From contig CAVTKZ010000004.1 of assembly GCA_963735455.1 (NCBI GenBank), positions 371,238 through 435,237 of the forward strand: DNA of 64,000 nt, in the 5' to 3' direction. The DNA comes from an uncultured Chloroflexia bacterium (GTDB lineage Bacteria; Chloroflexota; Limnocylindria; Limnocylindrales; CSP1-4). The notes below the pieces were generated by a model that did not search any database, was not told the DNA's origin, and saw only the letters and a list, made by a program, of their open reading frames with translations. How positions within the stretch are numbered: the stretch's first letter is position 1; every line of letters starts with the position of its first letter. Made by a program: the position numbers and the translations under genes. This document shows, piece after piece, positions 16,228-23,953 of the stretch.

Positions 16228-17529
16228 ATGACGGAGCCAACCCCAACCGGTGCGCTCGCCTGTCCATTCGTCGCCTTCGAGGACGATCGCGATGCCCGCG
16301 CCGATGTGCCGGACCATCGCCACCGCTGCTACGCGGAGATCCGTCCGGCACCCCGGGCCATCGCCCACCAGGAAGCCTTCTGCCTGTCACCCGGCTTCGC
16401 GGCCTGCCCCACGTTCCAGGATTGGGCGCGGCGCGAGGCGGCCCGGGCCAAGCCGACGATCGACCGGAGCGAGCTGGCCGGGCTGGCCCGACCCGGCCGC
16501 GGCCCCGAACCCGGATCGGGCTCGGGGCGGCCGGCCCGCGGCGAGGATCGTCAGGACGACGACCCCGATGCCGGCTACGCCGCGTCGGCCGGCGGCTTCG
16601 CGGTGCCACCCGCGGCACGCTCGAGGAGTCGCGATTGGGCCGCGCCACCAGCCTGGGCCGCCGGCGAAGACGATCGGCCCGAGGATGCCGAAGCGCCACC
16701 GTTCCTGGCCGCCGGGTCAGGCTCCGGCGGTGGCCCGGCAGGCGCCGCCGCGTCCGATCCCGGTGGGTTGGCCGGCCATGCCCGGGCTGGCCGGGCGGCG
16801 GACGCCGGCGCAGAGCCGGCCGCGGGGCTGGCCGGCTCGCGCTGGCTGAACGAGGCCCGTTCGGCGGCCGGTGACGATCCCGAGCTGGCCGACCTCGATC
16901 GCTCCCTGGAGGCCGACCGGGCGGCCCGCCTGGGGCGCGAGGCAGGTGCCCGGCGGGGAGTCCCGGCCGAGGACGACTACGAGGACGACGACTCGGTGCG
17001 GCCGGTGGCCAGCGCCGTGGCCTCCCCCGGCCGGCGAGCCAACCAGGTCTCGCGCCGCCCGCCGTCGGCCGGTGCCGGGCGTCCGGCTTGGGAGCGCTCG
17101 CGGCGGAGCGAGGCGTACCCGACGCTCAAGACGCGGGTCGGGATGCCGGCCATTCCGCGCTGGCTCCTGGCGCTCGGCGCGCTGGTCATCGCGGCGGTCG
17201 TGATCTTCTCGCTGCCGTTCCTGTTCAACTTCGGAGGCGGGCCGGGCGTCGCGACCCCGTCGCAGTCCGTCGGGCCGTCCGATTCCGGCCAGTCGTCGAG
17301 CGAGCCGTCGGCGTCGGTCCCGGCCGTGCCGTCGCAGAAGGTCTACACGGTGGTCTCCGGCGACACGATCACCAAGATCGCCAAGCGCTTCGGGCTGACC
17401 ACGGCGCAGCTCCTGGCGGCCAATCCCCAGATCAAGAACGCCAACAGCATCAAGCCCGGCGACAAGATCACGATCCCCAGCGCGACCCCCAGCGACGAGG
17501 TCACCGGAGCCTCCCCCAGCCCGTCCTGA
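16228..17529 (+). CDS. LysM domain-containing membrane protein with a Cys/His-rich N-terminal domain
   Basis: ATG at 16228 lies 7 nt after TATCAT. N-terminus is 'ACPFVAFEDD..HRHRCYAEI..FCLSPGFAACPTF', followed by a long disordered region, a TM helix 'WLLALGALVIAAVVIFSLPFLF' and a C-terminal LysM 'YTVVSGDTITKIAKRFGLTTAQLLAANP..IKPGDKITIP'. Confidence 0.75.
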   Translation: MTEPTPTGALACPFVAFEDDRDARADVPDHRHRCYAEIRPAPRAIAHQEAFCLSPGFAACPTFQDWARREAARAKPTIDRSELAGLARPGRGPEPGSGSGRPARGEDRQDDDPDAGYAASAGGFAVPPAARSRSRDWAAPPAWAAGEDDRPEDAEAPPFLAAGSGSGGGPAGAAASDPGGLAGHARAGRAADAGAEPAAGLAGSRWLNEARSAAGDDPELADLDRSLEADRAARLGREAGARRGVPAEDDYEDDDSVRPVASAVASPGRRANQVSRRPPSAGAGRPAWERSRRSEAYPTLKTRVGMPAIPRWLLALGALVIAAVVIFSLPFLFNFGGGPGVATPSQSVGPSDSGQSSSEPSASVPAVPSQKVYTVVSGDTITKIAKRFGLTTAQLLAANPQIKNANSIKPGDKITIPSATPSDEVTGASPSPS

Positions 17530-17573
17530 CCAACGCCGGCCGCGAGCGGGCTTCGCCCGGCGCCGCCGCGGCC

Positions 17574-17903
17574 TTAGCGCGGGGCGAGGTTGATCGAGGT
17601 GATCTTGCCGGCCTCGACCCGGAACGTGGCGTCGAGGTGGCGCGAGGTCGCGCCGGGTCGGACGACCAGCAGGTCGGCCTCGTAGGTGTTGCCGGTGTCG
17701 CGGACCTCGCCGGGGATCATCTTCAGCCCCCGGTCGCTGCGCAGGAACCAGCCCCCGACGCGCTCGACGCCGCGCAGCGTCTCGACGCTGTCGCCGACGT
17801 GGATCCGCATCTCGGTCTTCTCGTCCATCAGCGCCACGGCACCCTCGCGGTCACCGGCGTTGAGGAGCTCGAAGAAGACTTCCATCGTTTCGACCGCACC
17901 CAT
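17574..17903 (-). CDS. SnoaL-like / NTF2-fold protein
   Basis: 109 aa. 'FFELLNAGDREGAVALMDEKTEM' is an NTF2-like N-terminus. A TACACT hexamer lies 6 nt upstream of the ATG. Confidence 0.55.
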   Translation of the reverse strand: MGAVETMEVFFELLNAGDREGAVALMDEKTEMRIHVGDSVETLRGVERVGGWFLRSDRGLKMIPGEVRDTGNTYEADLLVVRPGATSRHLDATFRVEAGKITSINLAPR

Positions 17904-17972
17904 GCCCGCAGTGTAAGCGAGGAGCTCGGCCCCGGCCCACCGGCGAAGCCCGACCGGCCGGACTCGCCTGCC

Positions 17973-19718
17973 CTAGAAGCCGCCGCCGGCGCCGCCTCCG
18001 CCGCCGCCCGAGCCACCGCCGCCGAAGCCGCCTCCGCCGCCCCCACTGCCCGACGACGACGGCGAGTTGCCGATCGTGCCCAGGGCCGCCATCATCCCGC
18101 CGACATCGGGGATCCCGCCGCTCGAGAAGATCGAGGCCGCCGGCGCCCCGGCCGCGCCGCCGCCGAAGCCGCCCGCGCCACCCAGCGCGCTCGAGCCGTA
18201 CCAGATCGGGAAGTACGCGCCCGCCGGGGCGCTGCCCTGCCGGACGTCCTCGACCGTCCGCCCCAGGACCTCCTGGACCTCGTGGTTCAGGTCCAGGGCG
18301 ACGCCCCAGACCACGGCCAGGTCGGGCGTATCGAGCCAGTCCAGCTTGGCCGTCGCGACCACCTCGTCCATCGAGCGAGCCTGGGCCATCGTCGCCTCGA
18401 GCGTCCGCCGATAGGCCTTGAGCTGGGCGTCGATCATCGCGCCCTGGGCCGTCCGGGCGGGCATCGCGTGGGCGATCACCATCGAGGCCACCCCGCCGCC
18501 GATCAGCCCGACGGCCACGAAGAAGAGGCCCGCGAAGGGAATCGAGCTGCCGACCACGAACGCGATGAAGCCCACGAACAGCTCGATCCCACCCCGCGTC
18601 GAGTAGCGGCTGATCGCCTTGGTCGGCGCCTCGACGAACCAGCCCTGGGCGACGGCGTGATCCTCGAGCTTGGAGTTGAACGTGGCGGCGTACTTCCCGA
18701 ATTTGGGCAGGTCGTCGGGCTCGATCCGATCCGTGTCGGCGCCGACGTTGTGGAGCATGGTCAGGGCATACGTCTCGGCGTCGGTCAGCTTCTGGCGGGA
18801 CGCCTTCTGGCGGGCGGCCTCGACCTTCGGGTCCTTGGCGACTGGCGGCGCCAGGTCGATCGCCAGCGACGAGGCGTGCTTCGGGTCGGGAACGTCGAAG
18901 GCAATCTCGCCCCGGCTGGCAAGGTCAAGCATCGCCGTGGTCAGCGCCCGGCGGCTCGACCGGTCGTCATAGACGAGGGCGGCCGAGGCCGGGGTCAGGT
19001 CGGGCGGCGGGGCCGGCATCAGGACCGACGGATCGTCGGTGTAGATGGCATCTCGGCCGCGGCGATACCAGCCCAACCCCGCCGACGCGATCGACAGCAG
19101 GATGATCCCCGGGGCCAGGACCAGGCCGACCAGGGCGTTGAGGATCCGGCCCCGGGACAGGTTCTCGGCGTTCTGGGGCGTGGCCGCCGCGTCGACCTTG
19201 GCCAGCCCGGCGGCCAGCGCGCCGTCCATGTCGCAGGCCTGCAAGCGGGGCAGCATGTCGTCGTTGAAGATCGAGTCCCGCTGGTCGTTCGACAGGTAGG
19301 CGGCCCGGTAGCCCGGCCCGGCGTACAGCTGGATCTGCCCGTGGCAGCCGCTGGGGTCGATGTCGAACAGGATGACCAGCCCGTCGTCGAAGCCCTTGCG
19401 GCCGACACCCCACTGGTCCATCAGGGCCTGGGCATTCGACGCGGCGTCGTCGCTCGTGATCCCGTAGTCGACGGACTCGGAGTAGACGACAACCTGGGCG
19501 CCGGTCCGGCCCTCGATCCCGGCGATCGTCGCGGCCGCGGCCTCGATCGTGCCCGGCCGGAAAATGCCGGCCGTGTCATAGACCCTTTGGCCCGGGACCG
19601 GATCCGGGTAGGGCGGGCCGCCGGCCAGGGCAATCACGGCGATGAACGGCAGGATCGCCACAGCAATCAGGAGCGCGGCGGCGCTGGCGCGGAACGGCAG
19701 CCGGCGAGCGAGCCCCAT
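17973..19718 (-). CDS. TPM-domain / DUF2207-type membrane protein with a Gly-rich C-terminus
   Basis: Signal/TM N-terminus. TPM-like 'VYDTAGIF..IEGRTGAQVVVY..GLVILFDI'. Several TM helices. C-terminal 'GGGGGGFGGGGSGGGGGGAGGGF'. Its ATG overlaps the lysA stop (ATGA at 19716-19720). Confidence 0.7.
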   Translation of the reverse strand: MGLARRLPFRASAAALLIAVAILPFIAVIALAGGPPYPDPVPGQRVYDTAGIFRPGTIEAAAATIAGIEGRTGAQVVVYSESVDYGITSDDAASNAQALMDQWGVGRKGFDDGLVILFDIDPSGCHGQIQLYAGPGYRAAYLSNDQRDSIFNDDMLPRLQACDMDGALAAGLAKVDAAATPQNAENLSRGRILNALVGLVLAPGIILLSIASAGLGWYRRGRDAIYTDDPSVLMPAPPPDLTPASAALVYDDRSSRRALTTAMLDLASRGEIAFDVPDPKHASSLAIDLAPPVAKDPKVEAARQKASRQKLTDAETYALTMLHNVGADTDRIEPDDLPKFGKYAATFNSKLEDHAVAQGWFVEAPTKAISRYSTRGGIELFVGFIAFVVGSSIPFAGLFFVAVGLIGGGVASMVIAHAMPARTAQGAMIDAQLKAYRRTLEATMAQARSMDEVVATAKLDWLDTPDLAVVWGVALDLNHEVQEVLGRTVEDVRQGSAPAGAYFPIWYGSSALGGAGGFGGGAAGAPAASIFSSGGIPDVGGMMAALGTIGNSPSSSGSGGGGGGFGGGGSGGGGGGAGGGF

Positions 19719-21043
19719 CAGCGAATCGTAGCCCCGCCGCCCCGCCGCCGGGCAACTGTCAGCCCGCCGTCAGCCTCGAGGATCAGCTGGATCGCCCGCG
19801 GCCGGCCGTTGTAGGTCGAGCCGAGCGACGCGCCATAGGCGCCGGCGTCCCGGATCACGACCAGGTCGCCCCGGACGAGGGGCGGCAGGTGGTGCTGGCC
19901 GAACGAGTCGGTCGATTCGCAGATCGGGCCCTCGACGGCCGTCGACGCCATGCCCGCGCTCGCCGCATTCCTAGCCGGGTCCGTGACGGCGGCATCCGTG
20001 CCGTCCGCGGAGTCTGCGGACCAGGCCCGAAGCCCCGAGGTCAGCGCCACGACCCCGTGGCGGGCGCCGTACAGGGCGGGCCGGATCAGCTCGGTCAGCC
20101 CGGCGTCGAGGACCACCATCGGCCCGTTCCGCCGACGGGCGTGGAGGACCCGGGCAACGAGGTAGCCGGCCCGGGCCACGAGGAAGCGGCCGGGCTCGAC
20201 CGCCAGGCGCCTCGGCCGGCGATCGGCGGGCAGGGCAGCGAGCAGCTCCGTCAGCTCCCGCGCGAAGCGCTCCGGACGGGGCGCCGGCGAGCCGACCGCG
20301 AAGACCGGGAAGCCGCCGCCCAGGTCGAGGGTATCGAAGTCGGGGTTCGTCCCGCCCAGCAGCCCGACGATGGCCAGGGCTCGTTTCACGCCGTCCCGCC
20401 AGGCGTCGACGGCGCCCAGCTGCGAGCCGACGTGGAGCTGGATGCCCCGCCAGCGGAGCGGTCCGTCGGCGCCACCACCGGCCTCGATCGCGGCCGCCAG
20501 CTCGTCGGCGGCCAGGCCGAACTTGCTCGACTCGGCCCCGACGGCCAGCTCGGGCAGGGTCTCGGGCTCGACGGCGGGATTGAAGCGCAAGAGGACGTCG
20601 AGGCGCGGCGCCCCGCGCCGGACGGCCCGCGCGGCGAGGCGGGCGAGGGCGGCTGCCTCGTCGGACGACTCGATCGCCGTCCACAGCAGCGGCTCGCCCT
20701 GCTCCCTCGCCCGGACAGCCGCGCGCAGGTCGGCCCCGGTCTTGCCGACCCCCTCGAGGGTGATCCGCCCGTTCGGGAGGCCTGCTCGCCGGGCGATCGC
20801 CCATTCACCGAGCGAGACCACGTTGGCACCCAGGCCCAGACCGCCCAGCCGGCCGACGATCGCAGGGACGTCGTTGGCCTTGACCGAATAATGGCGCAGG
20901 ACCGGGTCGGGGAAGGCCTGGGCGAGCTCGTTGGCCGAGCGGCCGAGCTCGGCGGCGTCGGTCAGGACGAGGGGCGTGCCGAAGCGCTCGGCGGCCAGGC
21001 GCAGGGCGGCGGCCAGGCCGGGCAGCCGATCGGCCTCGATCAC
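19718..21043 (-). CDS. lysA: diaminopimelate decarboxylase (Orn/DAP/Arg decarboxylase family 2)
   Basis: 'HYSVKAN' (PLP Lys), 'HVGSQ', 'LDLGGGF', 'EPGRFLVA', 'GPICESTD' and 'DAGAYG' motifs. Confidence 0.8.
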   Translation of the reverse strand: MIEADRLPGLAAALRLAAERFGTPLVLTDAAELGRSANELAQAFPDPVLRHYSVKANDVPAIVGRLGGLGLGANVVSLGEWAIARRAGLPNGRITLEGVGKTGADLRAAVRAREQGEPLLWTAIESSDEAAALARLAARAVRRGAPRLDVLLRFNPAVEPETLPELAVGAESSKFGLAADELAAAIEAGGGADGPLRWRGIQLHVGSQLGAVDAWRDGVKRALAIVGLLGGTNPDFDTLDLGGGFPVFAVGSPAPRPERFARELTELLAALPADRRPRRLAVEPGRFLVARAGYLVARVLHARRRNGPMVVLDAGLTELIRPALYGARHGVVALTSGLRAWSADSADGTDAAVTDPARNAASAGMASTAVEGPICESTDSFGQHHLPPLVRGDLVVIRDAGAYGASLGSTYNGRPRAIQLILEADGGLTVARRRGGGATIR

Positions 21044-21081
21044 CGATCCGGGCCCCGGGTCCGTCGGCCCGGGCGACTCGA

Positions 21082-21483
21082 TCAGCGGCTCGTCTTCACG
21101 AACGGCAGCAGCCCGATCAGGAGCGAGACCGCACTCAGGACGACGGCTCCGATCAGCGCGGCGGCGATCGTGGTCGTATCGATCGTGTGCGGGAAGTGGC
21201 CGATCGTGAACGTGATCTTGAGCTTCTCGGCGATGTAGGCGACGCCCAGCAGGACGACCCCGTTGACGATCAGGCCGGACAGGCCGAGGGTGAGCAGGGA
21301 GATCGGGAAGGTGAGCATCTTGAGGACCGGCTTGACCAGGGCATTGGCCAGGCCGACGACGATCGCGACGACCACGACCTGCCAGATCTGGGGATGCCTG
21401 CCGAAGCTGATGTCCGAGTAGATCAGCGAGGTCACCCAGAGGGCCAGCGCCGTGCCCAACGTCTCGACGGCGAATCCAATCAT
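21082..21483 (-). CDS. phage-holin-4_2 / DUF360 family membrane protein
   Basis: 133 aa with four hydrophobic helices. The 'VGLANALVKPVLKMLTFPISLLTLGL' pattern resembles the DUF360 family. Confidence 0.5.
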   Translation of the reverse strand: MIGFAVETLGTALALWVTSLIYSDISFGRHPQIWQVVVVAIVVGLANALVKPVLKMLTFPISLLTLGLSGLIVNGVVLLGVAYIAEKLKITFTIGHFPHTIDTTTIAAALIGAVVLSAVSLLIGLLPFVKTSR

Positions 21484-22100
21484 TGCGATCCCTCCTTGGG
21501 GCTATGACGGGCCAGACGTGCCTGGAGGTGCGCTTGAACGTCGGGCCATTCGGTGTCGATCACGCTGTAGTAGGCCGAGTCCCGAGCTCGGCCGCCGGGC
21601 ATCACCATATGCTTTCGGAAGATCCCCTCGAACTGGGCGCCGATGCCCAGGATGGCGGCCCGCGACGGCTCGTTGAGGGCGTCGGTCTTGAACTCCACCC
21701 GGCGCATGCCGAGCGTCTCGAAAGCGTGACCCATCCCCAGCAGCTTGGCCTCGGTGTTCACCGCGCTGCGCTGGAAGGCCGGATCGATCCAGGTCCAGCC
21801 GATCTCGAGGCGCAGGTGCGCCGGCGCGAGGGCCAGGTAGCGGGTGCTGCCGACCACCCGGCCGGTCGCCGCCTCGATCGTTACGAAGGGCAGCTCGGCG
21901 CCTGCCGCCTGGGCGGCAAGGGCAGCCTCGACGATCCCGGCCATCCCCGCCGGCGTGGATCCGTCGAGCGGCATCCAGCGCCAGATCCGTGGGTCGGACC
22001 CGGCCGCGGTCAGGCCGGCTAGATGGGCCAGCGTCAGCGGCTCGAGCCGGACGTGGCCGCCCACGAGCTCGACCGGTGTGATCCGGAGGTCGACTGGCAT
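21480..22100 (-). CDS. GNAT family N-acetyltransferase (RimJ/RimL-like)
   Basis: 'GHVRLEPLTLAHL..', 'RLEIGWTWIDPAFQRSAVNTEAKLL' and 'GMRRVEFKTDALNEPSRAA'. ATGA overlap with the downstream gene. A TACACT hexamer lies 6 nt upstream of the ATG. Confidence 0.8.
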   Translation of the reverse strand: MPVDLRITPVELVGGHVRLEPLTLAHLAGLTAAGSDPRIWRWMPLDGSTPAGMAGIVEAALAAQAAGAELPFVTIEAATGRVVGSTRYLALAPAHLRLEIGWTWIDPAFQRSAVNTEAKLLGMGHAFETLGMRRVEFKTDALNEPSRAAILGIGAQFEGIFRKHMVMPGGRARDSAYYSVIDTEWPDVQAHLQARLARHSPKEGSQ

Positions 22101-22141
22101 CGGCCGAGTGTACGGGAGCGCTAGACTCGTCGTCCCGAGTT

Positions 22142-23953
22142 GTGATCGATCCGACCGCCCCCAGGAGCTGTCCAGTGGCGTCCTTCGCCGACCAGACCGG
22201 CACGTTCTTCAGCGAGTTCTTCGCCCTGAATCCGCTCGCCGCGACCGCCGCCGGGATGCACGACCACGACGCCCAATGGCCCGACCTGACCGAGGCCGGG
22301 CGGCTGGCCAGGCTGGCCTTCGCCGAGCGCTGGACGACGGCCTTCGGGGCGATCCCGGCAGCCGAGCTGGACCGCGACGCCGCGGTCGACCGGCGGCTGC
22401 TGCTGCTCGTCCTCGACGAGATGCGCTTCGAGGACCTGGAGCTCCAGCAGCTGGCCTGGGACCCGCTCGAATGGGTCTACGTGATGGGCGCCGGCATCTT
22501 CCCGCTGGTCGCCCGCGAGTTCGCGCCGCTCGCCGAGCGGCTGGCTTCGATCGCCGGCCGGCTCGAGGGCCTGCCCGGGCTGGTCGAGGCCGCCCGGGCG
22601 AGCCTCGTCGGGACGAGCGATGGGCGGCCGGTGGCCCGCTTCCACGCCGAGACCGCCCTCGGCCAGCTGCCCGGCATCGCCGAGCTGATCGGCGACGCCC
22701 TGGCCCAAGCGGATGCCGCCGCGCCGACCGACCAGGCCGTCGGCGCGATCCTCAACCGGCTGCGCGCGGCCGCCGCGACCGGCAGCGAGGCCGTCAGCCG
22801 GGTCGAGGCGATCCTGCGCGACGAGGTGATCCCCCGCTCAAGCGGCGAAGGCCGCCTGGGGCCGGACCTGTTCGCGGCCAAGATGCGCCACACCCTGCGC
22901 GACGGCGAGCTGACCCCGGCCCGGATCCTCGAGCGCGCGAGCGCCGAGGCCGACGCCGTGCGGGCCGAGATGGTCCGCCTGGCCGCCGGGATGTGGTCGA
23001 CCTGGTGTCCCGGCCGGGCGCGCCCGGCGACCGACGGCGAGCTGGTCCGGGGCGTCCTCGACGCGATCAGCAGGGAGCACCAGCAGCCGGCCGACCTGCT
23101 CGATTTCTGCCGGGCGGAGCTGGGCCGGATCGAGGAGTTCTGCCGGGCGAGGGACCTGGTCGGGCTATCCGACGAGCCGCTCGAGATCCGCTGGACGCCG
23201 CTCTTCCTGCGTGCCTTCGGCGGGGCGATGCTCGACTCGCCCGGACCGCTCGACCGGGGCCAGAAGGCGTTCTTCGTGATCACCCCGATCCCGGCCGAAT
23301 GGACCGCCGAGCAGGCCGAGAGCTACCTGCGCGAGGACAACGACCGGATGCTGCGGGTCCTGACGATCCACGAGGCGGTGCCCGGGCACTATCTCCAGGG
23401 CGCCTACTCGAATCTCTGCCCGTCGCTCGTCCGAGCGGTCTTCCAGAGCGGGGTCTACGCGGAGGGCTGGGCCGTCTACGTCACCCAGGTGATGATCGAC
23501 GTGGGCTACGGCGAAGACGACCCGGCGCTCCTGCTCACCCACTGGAAGTTCTACCTGCGGGCCGCGCTCAACGCCGTGATCGACGTCCGGATCCACGCCG
23601 GCGAGGCGTTCGGCGGCCCGCTGACCGAGGAGCAGGCCGTGGCGCTGATGGTCGAGGGTGGCTTCCAGGAAGAGGCCGAGGCCCGCAACAAGTACAACCG
23701 GGCACGCCTGTCGTCGACCCAGCTATCGACCTACTTCGTCGGCTCGATGGCCCTTTGGGCGCTTGAGCGTGACGTCCGCCGGAAGCTGGCCGGCGAGCGG
23801 GCCGCGACCGTCGTCGAGCGAGCCATCCCGGGCGGCTTCGGCCCGACGCCGGGCTTCAACCAGCGCCGCCACCTCGAGGCGACGCTGAGCCACGGGACCC
23901 TGGCCCCGTCGCTCTTGCACGACCTGGTCCTGGGCGACGCCGGCGGGGGCTGA
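22142..23953 (+). CDS. DUF885 domain-containing protein (putative metallopeptidase-like)
   Basis: The 'IHEAVPGHYLQ' signature and overall length are typical of DUF885. Confidence 0.8.
   Translation: MIDPTAPRSCPVASFADQTGTFFSEFFALNPLAATAAGMHDHDAQWPDLTEAGRLARLAFAERWTTAFGAIPAAELDRDAAVDRRLLLLVLDEMRFEDLELQQLAWDPLEWVYVMGAGIFPLVAREFAPLAERLASIAGRLEGLPGLVEAARASLVGTSDGRPVARFHAETALGQLPGIAELIGDALAQADAAAPTDQAVGAILNRLRAAAATGSEAVSRVEAILRDEVIPRSSGEGRLGPDLFAAKMRHTLRDGELTPARILERASAEADAVRAEMVRLAAGMWSTWCPGRARPATDGELVRGVLDAISREHQQPADLLDFCRAELGRIEEFCRARDLVGLSDEPLEIRWTPLFLRAFGGAMLDSPGPLDRGQKAFFVITPIPAEWTAEQAESYLREDNDRMLRVLTIHEAVPGHYLQGAYSNLCPSLVRAVFQSGVYAEGWAVYVTQVMIDVGYGEDDPALLLTHWKFYLRAALNAVIDVRIHAGEAFGGPLTEEQAVALMVEGGFQEEAEARNKYNRARLSSTQLSTYFVGSMALWALERDVRRKLAGERAATVVERAIPGGFGPTPGFNQRRHLEATLSHGTLAPSLLHDLVLGDAGGG

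Noticed and set aside
21082-21483. The holin-family (DUF360) gene taken as evidence of a prophage.
   Set aside because: There are no phage structural, lysis-partner (endolysin/spanin), integrase or terminase genes nearby. DUF360 proteins are common chromosomal membrane proteins.
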